A DNA stretch of 64,000 nt from Felis catus (GCF_018350175.1 NC_058368.1:167712001-167776000), one strand, 5' to 3'; positions 1 to 13,476 are shown, counted from the first letter of the stretch. Notes: generated by a model not told the origin, from the sequence alone. Translations and numbers: made by a program.

Positions 1-108
1 ATTATACATAGGGGATGAATCACTGGAATCTACTCCTAAAATCATTATTGCACTATGTGCTAACTTGGATGTAAATTAAAAATAAATAAATAAATTTAAT
101 TAAAAAAA
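1..108 (+). mobile_element. L1 (carnivore-type) 3' end with A-rich tail, cut by window start
   Basis: GATGAATCACTGGAATCTACTCCTAAAATCATTATTGCACTATGTGCTAACT followed by AAATAAATAAA tail resembles the carnivore L1 3'UTR terminus. Confidence 0.8.
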
Positions 109-149
109 CAGGGTAAGGTCTATAAAATGACAGTAGGTGACAATAAGAT

Positions 150-800
150 ATTGGGGGAGAGGGCAAAGAAGGAGACTAAGATGGCTCGCAGATTTCTGGC
201 ATTGTTCACAGAGTGAATGGCAGTGACAACCTCTGAGAGAAAATAGAGATGAAGCAAATGAGGGGTTGGTGCAGGGGCTGAGAAAAGATGTTTCACGCCA
301 CATAAACATGTTGACTTTGAGGTTTGCTGTTGTTCTCTGAGGTGAAGATGTTAACGTGGCATTAGTATGGGTCTAGAACTCAGAGAATAGGTGAAAGCTA
401 GAGATTTGGATTTTATTTTATTTTTTATTTAAAAAACATTTTTTTAACATTTATTCATTTTTGAGAGACAGAGAGAACAGAGCGTGATGAGGGGGAGGAG
501 CAGAGAGAGAGGGAGACAGTATGCAAAGCAGGCTCCAGGCTCTGAGTTGTCAGCACAGAGCCCGACGCGGGGCTTGAACTCACTGATCACAAGATCATGA
601 CCTGAGCTGAAGTCAGACACTCAACTGACTGAGCCACCCAGGTGCCCCTAGAGATATGGGTTTTAAACTCATCAACTAAATGATGGTGTTGAAGCCATGC
701 CAATGAAAGACTGTCCAGGGAGAGAACAAAGGAGAGAGCCCTACGGTTACTGACACTTTAGGGGTTAGCTGAGGAAGAGGATCAAGAAAATGAGGCCAAG
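150..800 (-). mobile_element. L2 LINE fragment interrupted by a SINE
   Basis: ACATGTTGACTTTGAGG...GGGTCTAGAACTCAG...TCATCAAC...AAGCCATG follows the L2 3' region as recalled; boundaries approximate. Confidence 0.65.
411..648 (-). mobile_element. Can-SINE (feliform SINEC)
   Basis: T-rich tail, (GA)n tract, ends GAGCCACCCAGGTGCCCC; degenerate TSD TAGAGATTTGG/TAGAGATATGG. Confidence 0.95.
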
Positions 801-1189
801 GAGGAAAAATGTAGAGCAATATCTATAGTTCTCAAAAGTAGTAATGACAAAATTCATATAGAGGCAGTACAAATAACTCTATTATATAGATTTTGGGAAA
901 GGAAGGAGAGAAGTCAGGAAAATTTTCAAACAGGAAATGTCATTTGAACAGGACTTTAAAGGGTAAATAGGAGTTGTCAATGCCAACAAGGGAGATAAAA
1001 GAAAGGCAGAAGGAACAACATGATAGGCTAGAAGCTTCAAAGACTATTTGGGGAATTTCAGGCCATGTCTTTTTAACTTTCACTTGGGGACTGAAATATG
1101 GTATTTTCACCAAATATGAGACTATTCACCAAATATGGATATAGTTATGGGGTTTGGGATGATCAGCTTCTATACTTCTCCCTGATTTA

Positions 1190-1374
1190 AACCACTAGTT
1201 TTCAACTAGGGTGCATTGGAATCTGCTGGATTGCTTGTTAAAACACAGATTGCTGGGTCCTATTCCCTGAGTAACTGATATAGTATGTGTGGGTAAACCC
1301 AATAATTTGAATTTTTTAGTAAGACCTCAGGTGATGTCAACGCTGCTGGCCCAGGATCACGCTCAGATCCACTG
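1190..1374. mobile_element. MER5A-like hAT-Charlie DNA transposon
   Basis: GCTTGTTAAAACACAGATTGCTGGG...CAGGTGATG...GCTGCTGGCCCAGGATCAC. Confidence 0.75.
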
Positions 1375-1555
1375 AGGATTCCAGGGAAGAAGACGTGCCA
1401 CACAATCCCCAGCATCACCTCACAGTGTCTTTCTTATCAAAAGGGACTAGTTATACAGGGAGAAGGGATAGTTCCATTGCATAGTCCTCGCATCCTTCTC
1501 AGGAGTTTTTTGTTTTGTTGTGTTTGCTTTTGTTTGTTGTAGAAAGATCTTTCTT

Positions 1556-1765
1556 TAAAAAAAATTTTGTTTAATGTTTATTTATTTTTTGAGAAAGAGA
1601 GCGAGCAGGGGAGAGGCAGAGAGAGAGGGAAACACAGAATCTGAAGCAGGCTCCAGGCTCTGAGTTGTCAGCACAGAGCCCGATGTGGGGCCTGAACTCA
1701 CGAACCACGAGATCAAGACCTGAACCGAAGTTGGATGCTCAACAGACTGAGCCACCAGGTGCCCC
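1556..1765 (-). mobile_element. Can-SINE
   Basis: Full SINEC body; TSD AGATCTTTCTT at 1545-1555 and 1769-1779. Confidence 0.95.
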
Positions 1766-2649
1766 ATCAGATCTTTCTTATCTAAACTTTAATTTATAGG
1801 AATTTGGGGAATTTTTGAGGCTGAGATCCCTTCAACAAAATGACTCATACTCATGGTAAGGCCTAGGCCCTTCTCTGTCCACACACCCTGAGATCTAAGA
1901 GAAAATGACTACCATGCATTTCTCCCCATCCTTGGCTGCTCCATGGAACTGATGGCTGGATGAGATTACCAGAGTAAACCTATCTGATAACAATATTTTT
2001 TGGGTGTCTTGTACATTTTAAAGTACATTGACATCAATTCATCACTTTATCTTCCTGATAAGCCAGCACTGTTATTACTGGTAGATTTAAAAAAAAAAAA
2101 AAAGGCAAGCACAAAAAGATGATGGTTGTCAAAATCTCTACAATGGTTCCTGGTCTAGTGGTGACCCCAGTGACACCACAAGCCTCTCCTAGAAACTGGT
2201 GACAGTTTTTGTTAATTTCAAAGTTTATCTCTTCCACAGGTCTGCAACACATCCACAGCACGATCTAATGCAAATATTCTAAAGTTAATCAGGAATTGTC
2301 TGTGGTAGGAGGACAATGGCAAAGGATTGATGGATTTCAGCTACACGCCACTTGTGGGCTGGAGAAGTAGTGCAGGGCACCACAGGATTTCAGAACAACG
2401 GTAAAGAGTTTATTCTCTGCAGTCTCTATTTCCACTTGTAGCAAACAGCATCATGACTACTTCTACATTCTAAATGGAAATATTTTCCGTTTTGCCTTAG
2501 CAAAAGCACTAAAGCTCACTCCCAAAACTGCTTCTGCAATTTTAATATCTTTAAAACTGTCTGTAGATGATAAATACATTACCATAAACTAATAAAAGTC
2601 AGCTTGAGAAAGAGTGAGTATTTCGCATCGTGGTAAGGTCAAGGGACGC

Positions 2650-2775
2650 TCATTCAGTCTTTTATTCAATACTTATGAGTACTCCATACGTCGGGCACTG
2701 TCTAGGCACTGCAAATATTTAGATTCATATTAATAAACTACAGTCCCCGCCTTCAAGGAATTTATAGTATAGTCA
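2650..2775 (-). mobile_element. L2 3' end fragment
   Basis: CATTCA...TTATGAGTACTCCATACGTCGGGCACTGTCTAGGCACTG...GTCCCCGCCTTCAAGGAATTTATAGT. Confidence 0.65.
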
Positions 2776-4480
2776 CATTGGTTAAACAAAAAATACAAAA
2801 GATTAAGAGCCACTGTGCAAAATGAACCTAAGGGAAGCCTTTCAATAGTGAATGAGAGTCTACAATTCTACACCTTTTGGCATGGTCAGTAGCAGCAGCC
2901 CTATGGGCAAATTTAGTACAGAGAAGAAACCAAAGCAAAACACACATATAAAAAACACTCAGCAGCCTAGAATCAGCCTTGAGGTTGTATAAACATGTTG
3001 AGTTAAAGGCATTGAAGGTCACTATACTTTTGAAACGTAAAGTGTAAAGTCAAGAAAGAGCAATCCCTGTGTGATAAAGTAGAGAAATGATTTCTTCAGA
3101 AAAAAAAACACAAAAATTCTTTAAAATAAAATATAATGTAAAAGATAAAAACCTACCTGGCTCTAATTATAGTCATTGTGGTATTATACATATGTTAAGT
3201 TCAGATGCGATGGGGTAGATAAACAGCACAAAAGATCGATTGTTGAGAACCTTTTTGAAAACTACATATTATAGTTTAGAAGCTGGATGAAAAATTCTGT
3301 TGCTAACGATAAATTTCACAAAGAATATGATACAAAGCGAGAATTCAAGAGATGAAGTTTCAGCAAAAGAAGTTTAAAGTAAAACAAAAATGTCCCCTGT
3401 ATTCATTTTTTGTGAAATGTTCATGGAGAATAAAGTCTTCCAGGAAGTCATTACGTAGCACTTAAGACATGTGAGTGTTTCAACTCTCCAAAGCCAGATG
3501 GTATTCATTGTGGGGTCCCAGGAGGACTCACATGTGAATGGCCATAGCATTGGTCAGGACATAAAATACAGCCTCAATGCTGCGTTCTTACCTAAACATT
3601 GGGCTCCACTGGGAGTTTTTTCTTGAATAAAGGTTTGAGAATTGGGTCCCATCATCTGTTAGTACAGAGGGATTATTTCTGGAAATTACAAAGGTGTTTT
3701 GTCCTCAGGAGATATAAGAAACTCAAAAACTCTGAGCCTCCTGAATTCTAAAACACTTACTTCAAAGACTAATTGAACCAATATGCAGTTATAACCTTGA
3801 TATATTCTGAAGCAAAAAATGAAATCAATATTCAATTTAAATTCTTTCTGGGGAAGTACAAAATGGGGAGAATATAACTAATCCAACATTACTTTCTAAA
3901 AGTGATTTATATTTTTCTGTCCCCCCCCCCCAATTTTCTATTATGAATATGTATTCTTTCTATAATCAGAAAGATGGTTGAGACAAATAACTATAATATG
4001 CCAATATTAAAACATCTCTTAAAATATTTATCTTTAAGAGTATAATTAATCATGGTGGCTTTACTCAAAAAGATTTAGGATAGCCAAGTATAATAAGCGT
4101 TAAGGCAACCACTCTCAAATAAGACTCCAAATAGAGACTGTAAGATGGATAATCCAATACATGGTATGAAATTGAACAGTCTAGCATGATTTTATATTAG
4201 AATAGAGAAAAATTAATAGAGATGTTATTGAGCTATTTAAGCTCTAAATGAAATCTGGGCAACTCCTCATTTTTACCTGTATTAAGGAAGAAAAAGGACA
4301 CTATAAAATTAATAACCAAAAAAGTTAGTAAAAATATAAACTAATACCTCACTTTGCATAGAGCTAAAATATAGAATACTGTGTCAAAGATTACAGTAAA
4401 AAAATCATGGAGGTATATATCTTATGATCATTAATTATATTTTTCTCCACAAGTATAAGACATTTTCTATCAAGCTCTCT

Positions 4481-4702
4481 TTTTTTTACAATTTTTTTAA
4501 ACATTTATTTATTTTTTGAGAGATAGAGACAGAGCATTAGCAAGGGAGGGGCAGAGAGAGAGAGGGAGACACAGATCTGAAGCAGGCTTCAGGCTCCGAG
4601 CTGTCAGCACAGAGTCCGATGCTGGGCTCGAACTCACGGACCGCGAGATCATGACCTGAGCCAAAGTCGGACACCCAGATGACTGAGCCACCCAGGTGCC
4701 CC
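4481..4702 (-). mobile_element. Can-SINE
   Basis: Full SINEC body ending CCACCCAGGTGCCCC; degenerate TSD TCAAGCTCTCTT/TCAAGTCCTCTT. Confidence 0.95.
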
Positions 4703-7558
4703 TCTCAAGTCCTCTTATAGGTAATTTGAAGCTATCAAAAGCAATAGGATATTTATATTTCCCAGGGAACTGAAAGTGTTGTGTAAAATAACCTCTATTA
4801 AGCATGAGATAACATCTGTCTCCAGGTTAAAGAGATGATATACAGTGTTGCAGGACACTGGTTCCTTTTTGTTCCCATTGGATTAAGATAAAGTCAGACA
4901 GACATTTGGCTTCAAGTGACTGCACCTATCTTATACCCCAAAGTTTACCCAGGGCCTAGTGTCAATCAACAGTCTAGAGGGCAGAATCTCGTCCTCTGTA
5001 ACAATAAAACTTCATTTTTAACTGATAGCTGACATCCTCCATAAGAGCTATTAGCACACTGCAAACTCCCAGCAATAACCTTGTGGGGGTAAATATAAAT
5101 AATTATGATTAATGTCTTGGCCAAGGTCAAGGGCTACTGTTTTGTTGTGCTCATATCCTTAGTTAGTATATACATCTTCTATTAATTTGCTGATCATATA
5201 TGAACTTCAGTGTACATATTTAAAATTTGGAGAAGTTGATTCTATAGAAAACACTACCCTGTGACCACTTTAATTGAATTAAAATGTCTAAACAGCCCTG
5301 CCAATACAATTCTCCCTTTGCATATCTGACTTCTGAAAAACACACATTCTCTTTGTAGTGTTCAAGCAAGTAGCCTTGAGCTGGAAGCAAGAGTGAAGGT
5401 CAAATAAGAAAGGAAACCTCAAATCAGATACATTTCATTTTGCACCAAGAATTTTCTATCACATTTGCCTCTATCAAAAATCAGCCTATCTTTACCGTTT
5501 GCTTTTTACCTGGAGTAAAAATTAGAGTTTACAAATTGTAAATATACAGGGAAAAGATAATTTAGCACACTGTTTTATCACTGTCAACTCAGTGGTTTCC
5601 ATAACTGAATCCCACATATTTTGAGAATGTCATTACTCCTTTGCAGTGTTATAGAGCAGAGTAGAGCAAGCCCACCTCCACCAAAGGTCAGAGAGAGAAA
5701 CCAAATGATCCAGGGAAGGACAGAATGTGACCTGTTCATAATTAAACCTCCTAAAAAAGATCAATCGAGTTAGGATAGTAGCCAGGGTGGGAGGGAATAA
5801 AGGTGCACATTTAGAGAACAGTCCCATTTTCTGAGCCTTCTTATTCCCCCCACCTACCCTGATGATGCCAAGGTTGATAACTGCTCTTTTAGATCAGGGC
5901 ATAAATGCTCTTCCTTCAGTGCCGTCATTAGAGCCCGGGGAAGGTGAGGCTCTTGTTTCGTGATGCTAAGATGCACATCTGTTTATTCCTCTGTACCTAG
6001 GGACAGAAAAAGGCAAGGGGAGTTTACTCTGGGTTTCAACATCTGTCAATACCCCGGCAGAAATTTCCAGCAGCTGAAGTCAATCAGTTTCTGGAAAGTG
6101 CTAAGCAGCCATACCAAGTGCTCCCAACTAACATTACCTCTGAATGTGCATGACCAGGCATATTTCACTGTTCTCTGCCAGGCAGTGTTAGTAATGCAAG
6201 CAATATGCAGCTCACTTTACTTGCTGACTGGCTTAAAAAGAGAAAATTAAATACATTTCTCATAAGGATATTTTGTGGAATTTTTCCACATCATTAAATA
6301 AAATGTAGCCCTGGTTTAGAGGCATTTCCTGAGAGAAAACATTTCTTAACCTAAACTAACTGAACTATGTGAAACAGTCTGCCTGTATACACCATCATAT
6401 TTTTTTCCTGATTACGTGTAATGGCTCTCCTATCATCCTGCAAGCTTACCCATATCATTGAATTGTTTCATGGCCATCTGAAAAAATTGACTGCAAACTT
6501 TTTAAAGTGGTTCTCGGGAAATGGGCGGTTATTCAATTTTCTCCTCATAGTTACAAAAGACTGGATGGTATCAGAAATGACATTTCTGAAATAATTATGA
6601 AAAATAACGACATGCTTTCTTCAGCTAGGTACGTACTTCCTCCACAACTGTGACATAACAAGCTATACCATTGCTTCCTTATGGCTAGAATAAGGAAGAT
6701 AAGCTCAAATGTGACAGAAAGTAGCAAATGCTATAAATAAGTACAGAGTCAAATGAAAAGCTCTCCTGTTTGCCATCAGGATGCATATTTTCACCTTCTT
6801 CCCAAAGAAGGGGTTGCATGTCCCTAGTGATGCTTAAATCCATTCCGAGTTAGGTTTTGCAACATTCCGTTTAATTACTCCAGATCCCCAGTGAGGCAAG
6901 TTGCTACTCCCAGACTCCTAAGTTCACGGTTCCTGCATAGGGACGGAGGTGCTGTGCACGATTTGCATTTCTTTTTTATTTTCCATTGGAATAGCCACAT
7001 GAGATGTTCTGATTTTTCAACAGACTCTCTTGGCCTCTGTCTCAGTCAGAAATTTTCTATTAAAAAGAAAGGAAAAAAAAATGATCCTTACAAGAAGATA
7101 CCACACATCTTCTGTTTAATCCCAGGAGCCCTCTAGCCAATTTGAAAGTCAACATCAGACAGAGAGGTAATGCTTTTTTGTTTTGTTTCAATCTGAACTC
7201 TCACAGTTGCTCAAATTGAATCAAGAAGCAAGAGTTTCAAACTAAGTGGTGAGCTAAAATAAAACTGGGAGACATCCGCTTTACAAGGTTGTGTGGGAGA
7301 ACTGCTGAGTACACCCTGAAAGAGAAATAAAGGAGGGGTAGGCTTCCGTAAGAGATTGCAGCCACACAACAATCCCCAGAGCAGTGTGTAGGAAGAGAAT
7401 GTACATGCCTCCCGCAGCATAATCCACGTTGCTATAATGTGGCTTGGTGAAATATTTCAGCACTGGGGTTTTTGAAAGAACTCGGTGAGTGAGATGCCCT
7501 CAGAAATAAAAACAAAGTCTGGTTCCAAGAATTCTAGTGATTCTCATCCCCATCTGGC

Positions 7559-7559
<1 letters not shown>

Positions 7560-7592
<33 letters not shown>

Positions 7593-7625
7593 CACACACA
7601 CACGCACACACACACACACACACAC
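7560..7625. repeat. interrupted (CA)n microsatellite
   Basis: Direct reading; TG and CG interruptions. Confidence 0.98.
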
Positions 7626-8842
7626 GTTAAATGTACCATAGGGACAACGGTGCTGTGTCTAAAGAGAAAAATAGAACAACTTTCTCTCTGGGATGCTGGA
7701 TCAAATTCCCAGTCTCCTAACTAGGTTAGGACTTTGTCCCTGCTCTGGGCATTGCCTTGTGGCAGAGAATAACCTCCTGCTCCATTCCTATTCCCTGAAA
7801 AAATAAAACCTTCAAGAAGAAAGAATGTCCTATTGTTGGAGCAGAATTATTCCTCCAGCTTCTCAAAGAGGAGGTATTTTTGGCATCTGGGAAGAGATTG
7901 TGTCCAGAGGGGCTTCTTAGTTTTACAGCTGGGTCCACTCAAACCAGTCCAACAAGCCAGCATTACATAGAGGAGCCCAGCCAAACACAGGCACTTCAAT
8001 CATGCTCAATTCACTTGGGTTTTGGTAAATGAAATAAAACCCCAAAGCTTGGCTTTTTATTTTTCTTAGGGCAAAGTCCATTTAGAATTGATATAATCAC
8101 TTGCTATGGTTACATATGCCACATTTATTTTTAAATAGCTCCACATCCCAAGGGCTCCTGATTTCCATCTACATGGCAGGTAGGACGGTGCAGGAAAATC
8201 ATTTTCAACACAGTCTACATTTTACCAGGCTCCAAAAAAGCACATCTGGAGATGCACACCTAGGTTGATAAGAAACTGGGCTGCTTGGTAAATGTGTCTT
8301 GCATTTTGTGTCCTGCAAAAGGGCACCCAGCCAAAGGCATGGCCGGGGGATGAAATCTATCCTGTAATCTGCTGGCCAAGCCGAGCATCCTGCCATGGGG
8401 TTCCAACTGCCTGGATGAAGAGGCCTTTTGCGTGCTCTGCATAATATGCCATCCATGTATAACCCTTATGCACATGGGACTGTATCCACAAAGCACCTGA
8501 GAGGCTCATATTGGCTCTAAGAGCACCGAGTAGAGTCTGGATCTATTGGAGAAGGTTTCTCTACTGGGGGAGGGCTCAGGTGCCGACTTCTCTTGGCCCC
8601 TGTGAGAAGCCAAAGTTGCAGACAAATTTTGATATTTGACACGAGCTCTCCCAACTCTGTTTGCTCTGCTTCCTGGCTAAATGGTACTTTGTGCTTCTCC
8701 TAAAGCAGTTTACCATGCTTTGCTTAAGCTACCCACGTCTCACGCTTTCCCTCTCTTCCTGATCGGTTCCTTGCAATCGGTTAGGAACTGGGTCATACTC
8801 ATCTTCAAATGCTGAACCTTGCTCGTTAATGTTTTGTTTAAT

Positions 8843-9200
8843 CCAGAGATTGCAAACCGTGGCCTGCAGACCAACCTGGCTGGTTGCATATCATTTGGCC
8901 CAAACAGAGTTTTACAAATTGTGAATTAACCTTTACATTTTACATAGATATTTACATTTATGAACGGAGATATCCCACATTAAAATTTGCATTTCTATTT
9001 CTTCAGAAAAATTGGGAGTGCTGGCAATATCAGACTATTTCTCTCACGGCAGCTCTCACCCAGAGCAGAGGAGCTACTGCCCTTTTTGACCCGGTGTGGT
9101 CTCTGGGTCACAAAGTCACCGTGGTGCCCTATTCTTTCCTGTGAATTGTCTGCCTTGGTCTTCTGGGCATATGGTTTAACTGAATAGGAGCCCATTGGAA
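8843..9200. mobile_element. MER102-like hAT-Charlie element
   Basis: CCCACATTAAAATTTGCATTTC...GAAAAATTGGGAGTGCTGGCAA...GCTACTGCCCTTTTTGAC resembles MER102; similar to 38985-39525. Confidence 0.6.
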
Positions 9201-12200
9201 TAAGTGATCCAGTAATCTCCCTTATATTCAATCACTGGGCGTAATTCTGTAGTGCAGAGTTTATCATCATGTTTTCCTCCTTCTCATCTATGGAAGATGA
9301 CTTTCACATGTGCAACACACTCTCAAGGGCACTGTCAGGGTTATTCTAGCTGTTACAAGACCGTGAGAGGGTTGCTATAGCTTGGAAAACTCTCTTCTTA
9401 GAAAAAGAAACCAAATACTTTGCAGGCTCCAAGAAAACTATTACTGGTAACAAATTTCTTGTGACATCTCACAACTGATCATGACACACCTGTGTGGAGT
9501 GAGAGTGCATTGAGAACAGTTCTTGTAGCTGAGAAAGGAAAAGCATAAATAAGTTTAGAGAATTGTGTTTATAAAGCATGACAGAAAAGAAGCATCAACA
9601 AGACCTCCAAGTAAATAATTTTAGGTCAGGGTAAATACTAGGTTTACTAACTTCAGTTCAATTTCCCACACATATACTTATAGCCAGGGCCAGCCCACTG
9701 CATGGGAGAAATTGGCAGCTGCCTTCTTCTTGTGATTGGACTGGTAAAGAATCTCTACTATTAGACTCATTTCTAGGATTTAGGTAAAGACAGGGTATCC
9801 TCTCTAGGAGACTCTTGAAGACAGAGAACACTAGCAGACTCTTTCGGACGCTCTCCTAGAACTTGAATTAGGATTGGTGTCTCAGATTAGTAGTTTGTAT
9901 CAAGAGAGTGGCAGGAATCTTGGGTATGTTTCAAGAGAGGTGGGGGAGCCTGGGAGCTTGGCAGCAATAGGGAGGGAGAAGCAATAGGTCTGAAGCAGGG
10001 GGTGATAGAGCCAGATGAAGGATTAATAGAGAGCCCTGGGGTGCTGGGAACTGATTTAGGGAAAGAGATCCAGGAGATGAGCTTTGGAGGAAGAAGAATA
10101 GAGTTGTGGAGAAATCCATGGGGGTTCATTACTCGGTAAATTCTCTCCAAAGTTGGCTTTCTTAGTGATTTTGAAAGTCACCAGTGTTATACCAGTTCAT
10201 TTAAAGCACGGTTGATGGATTGCATCAGAAGCCAGTCTTTGCCTGTGGAGTAAATGGAAAGTCAGATGCTAGCCCCTAATGTCGAGTGTGGTTTTTGTCT
10301 TGATCACCAATCCGTTTTTCAGGATTTTTAATAGGGTGACTGGCATTTTGCCTGAGAGCAATAGATTTTTAGGGTAAAGTTTTGAAAGTGTGATGTTTCT
10401 AGGAATTAGATTGTTAACGGGCACAGTAAACGGATAGGGTAGTTCATTTTTCTTTGTAGGCTGGATTACTTACAAGTTGGCCTGAGCAATTTAGGAACCG
10501 TCTATCGAGAATTAAGTATTTATTACTCTGCCAAGGTTTCTTCTAATTCAAAGTGGAAGAATTTTGAAAGAAAAAGAAGGGATTTCAGAGGTTTGTAAAA
10601 ATGTGGTACAGGCTAACAGTTTTTGTCGTAGCTCTTTAAAATGTTTTTAGCACCTCTCAGAGGGATTTAAATTTCAGCTGTCTGAGGCCGGCTAATTACG
10701 GAGGTAAAGTTAAAAGTTGTTCTGTGCTCAGGGAGGACAGGGGGAATGAAAGCAGTGAACCACAAAACTGTGTCAGGAAAGTTTACTTTTCGTGGTCATT
10801 GAATTAACGAAGGAACAAGCCAGCTCTGGTCCCTCTCTGTCTGTCTTCACATCACCCTGGGCCTCCCCGCCACAAAGAGAGACACTTGTCAAACCCAAAC
10901 ACCTTCTCCACCGGAGGGGGAATGGCAAAACAGACCCTCCTTGATTAGAAAAAAAAAGGTAGGAAATTTCTAATTCTCAGTTTCCACCCACTCACTCACT
11001 TAAAATGTGACAAGTGTGTTTCTGGGGTGTCCTTGCAAGGACACAAGGATGAGAGGTCATGGGGCAAAAAACACAATGGCTGCCTCTTTCCCGCCTCTGT
11101 CGAAATGGAGAGTGAGCAGATGGCCCCATCTGTAGCCGGAAGGAAGCAATGATTTGGGAAAAGAACTCTGTGTGTTTTTTTTTCTAATTGCAAAAAAGAA
11201 TGAGAAGAAAAAGTTAATAGTTGCAGCTAGAAAATATGCCTGAGAGAATGGCCTTTATCATCTGCTTTTGAAGTAGGGGCTGAGAAAGAGATGAAGCCAG
11301 GCAGGGAACTGAGAGGGCCAATCAGGCACTCAGAGCTCTGTGGGCACCCAGACACAGTTGATACCTGAGGGACAAACGTTGCTGTAAAGTCATTTCAAAC
11401 TTGCTCAGTGATTTAGTAGGAATAATTTACATGGGCTTCTAAATGGTGTATCCCTGTTTCATTTCCAGACAAGAATGCAAGAGATGTTTATAAAGAGCCC
11501 AGCCTCTGTTTAGGGATGTCTAAATACATTCTGGTAATTAGCTTAACTTTGATCCAAAGCAGTGCTTTTTCTTGGTAAAATAAATAAATCAGTGAAAAGT
11601 TTTGGAACACTCTCACCTTTGACATCTCTGCCCATGAATATCAATGGATATTGTTAAATTTGACATTAACTTTTAAAAATCTCAGGTCTGGTTGTCCTGT
11701 TAATAAATAGTACTTAATATTTATTAATGAGTTCAAAATGAAAAACTAATCTATTAATGCAGTGTCTATGTGTTTCTGTATAAGACTGCCCACACTTTGG
11801 TAAAATTCTTATCGTAAAATGCTTCCCAGTTTCTCACTTTATTGTTGGAGATGCTTGCTTAGTCACATGGCACAAGCAATAAAGAGAGAAGACAGACTTT
11901 ACCTTCCATACTAATGAATGAATTATGTTCAGCTCCATTTGCCATGTTTATGTATCCCTCTCCCTTGAAACCCAGAAGGGAAAGAGCGAGATACAATTAC
12001 TATTTAGCTAAAAAGTCATCACAGGCAAAAGTATATCAGATGTACTGTCTACCCTTCTCATTCCTGTTTCCTGGCATTTCCTCAGCTGTGTTGTCTGTGA
12101 AATGGGCTGGCCCCATATTGGACCTGGAAATATAAAAGGAAGTGCGATTCCTTTTATTATAGGGGGAGAAACAAATAGCTATACTTAAGTATCTGATATG

Positions 12201-12379
12201 AATGCTTAATTTCACCAATATAGAGCATAGCCTCATTATACTAACAACTGGTATCTTCTAAAGAAAGATTTTAGAATGCTACTTCAATTTGTATAATTAT
12301 AAGAGTTTCTAGAATACCATTCTCCTGGACAAAATAGTCCCAGCCCCCAAATAATAATCAAAACAGACTTTAAGGAAGA

Positions 12380-12580
12380 AAATTTACTTGTAACTCACCA
12401 CTTAAAGATAATCACAATTAACACTATGAACTATTCCCTTTTAGACTTTTCACATGCATATTAAATGCCATTTTTATAAAGTTGGAATCCTGCTGTATAC
12501 GTGATATTGTACTCTGATTTTTTATTCAACATTAAACCCCCTCTCCCATGTCATCATATGTTATTTAAAAATTAACATTT
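12380..12580 (-). mobile_element. old L1M fragment
   Basis: TGGAATCCTGCTGTATACGTGATATTGTACTCTGATTTTTTATTCAACATT resembles antisense L1M 3' region. Confidence 0.5.
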
Positions 12581-12582
12581 GA

Positions 12583-12775
12583 GGGGCACCTGGGTGGCTC
12601 AGTCAGTTAAATGTCTCTTGATTTCAGTTTAGATCATGATCCCAGTTTTGTGAATTCAAGCCCCACATTGGATTGGGATTCTCTTTCCCTCTCTCTCTCT
12701 CCCTGCCTCTCCCCTGCATGCACTCTGTCTCTCTCAAAATAAATAAACTTTAAAAAATATTAAAATGATTAAATA
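12583..12775 (+). mobile_element. Can-SINE, older, internally deleted
   Basis: GGGGCACCTGGGTGGCTCAGTCAGTTAA head, (CT)n, AATAAA tail; TSD AAAAATTAACATT/AAAAATGAACATT. Confidence 0.9.
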
Positions 12776-13245
12776 AAAATGAACATTCACTTCTTGTAAA
12801 TGAAAATTACACCTTTACATACTGGGGAAAAAAATCAATTCACTGGAAAATGTGATGTGATGGGAAGGAATTCTTCCCAATGTAGACCTCAGTTTTACTC
12901 CAGGGTTAATTAACCATGGTCAGTAGTTTCTTGTAGACATCAGCTTTTAGTGACCGGGTTTTTATCACACTAATGCCATGGGCAAAACATTTCACAGAAT
13001 TTCAGTTAATGAAAAAGGGAAGTTCCTATGCTGTTCTTTTAAGATGATGTGAAATCATGTCCATTGTTCATGTCAGTAGGATTGTTGTATGTGATTGGGC
13101 AGGTAAACAATGAGAAATCTGTATTGGTAAGTGCAAACAGCTCTGAAGAGTGTTATTATGGTCAAAGGGTTAGAGCAGCCAGTAACATTGACCCCTAACA
13201 AAAAGACCATGGCATCCATGAGAAAGGCAATATATTGTCACTCTT

Positions 13246-13476
13246 TTTCAAAAATTTTTTTTTCATATTTATTTTTGAGAGAGAGAGAGAGAGAGACAGA
13301 GTGTGAGAGGGGGAGGGACAGAGAAAAAGGGAGAGACACAGAATCCAAAGCCAGTTGTAGGCTCTGAGCTGTCAGCACAGAGCCCGATGTGGGGCTCAAA
13401 CTCACAAACTGTGAGATCATGACCTGAGCTGAAGTAGGATGCCCAACCGACTGAGCCACCCAGGCTGAAGGCGCCC
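13246..13476 (-). mobile_element. Can-SINE
   Basis: Full SINEC body flanked by T(G/A)TCACTCTT copies. Confidence 0.95.

Noticed and set aside
9803..9860. 9-bp inverted repeat TCTAGGAGA/TCTCCTAGA as a miRNA or MITE
   Set aside because: Stem too short, interior does not pair, no TSD.
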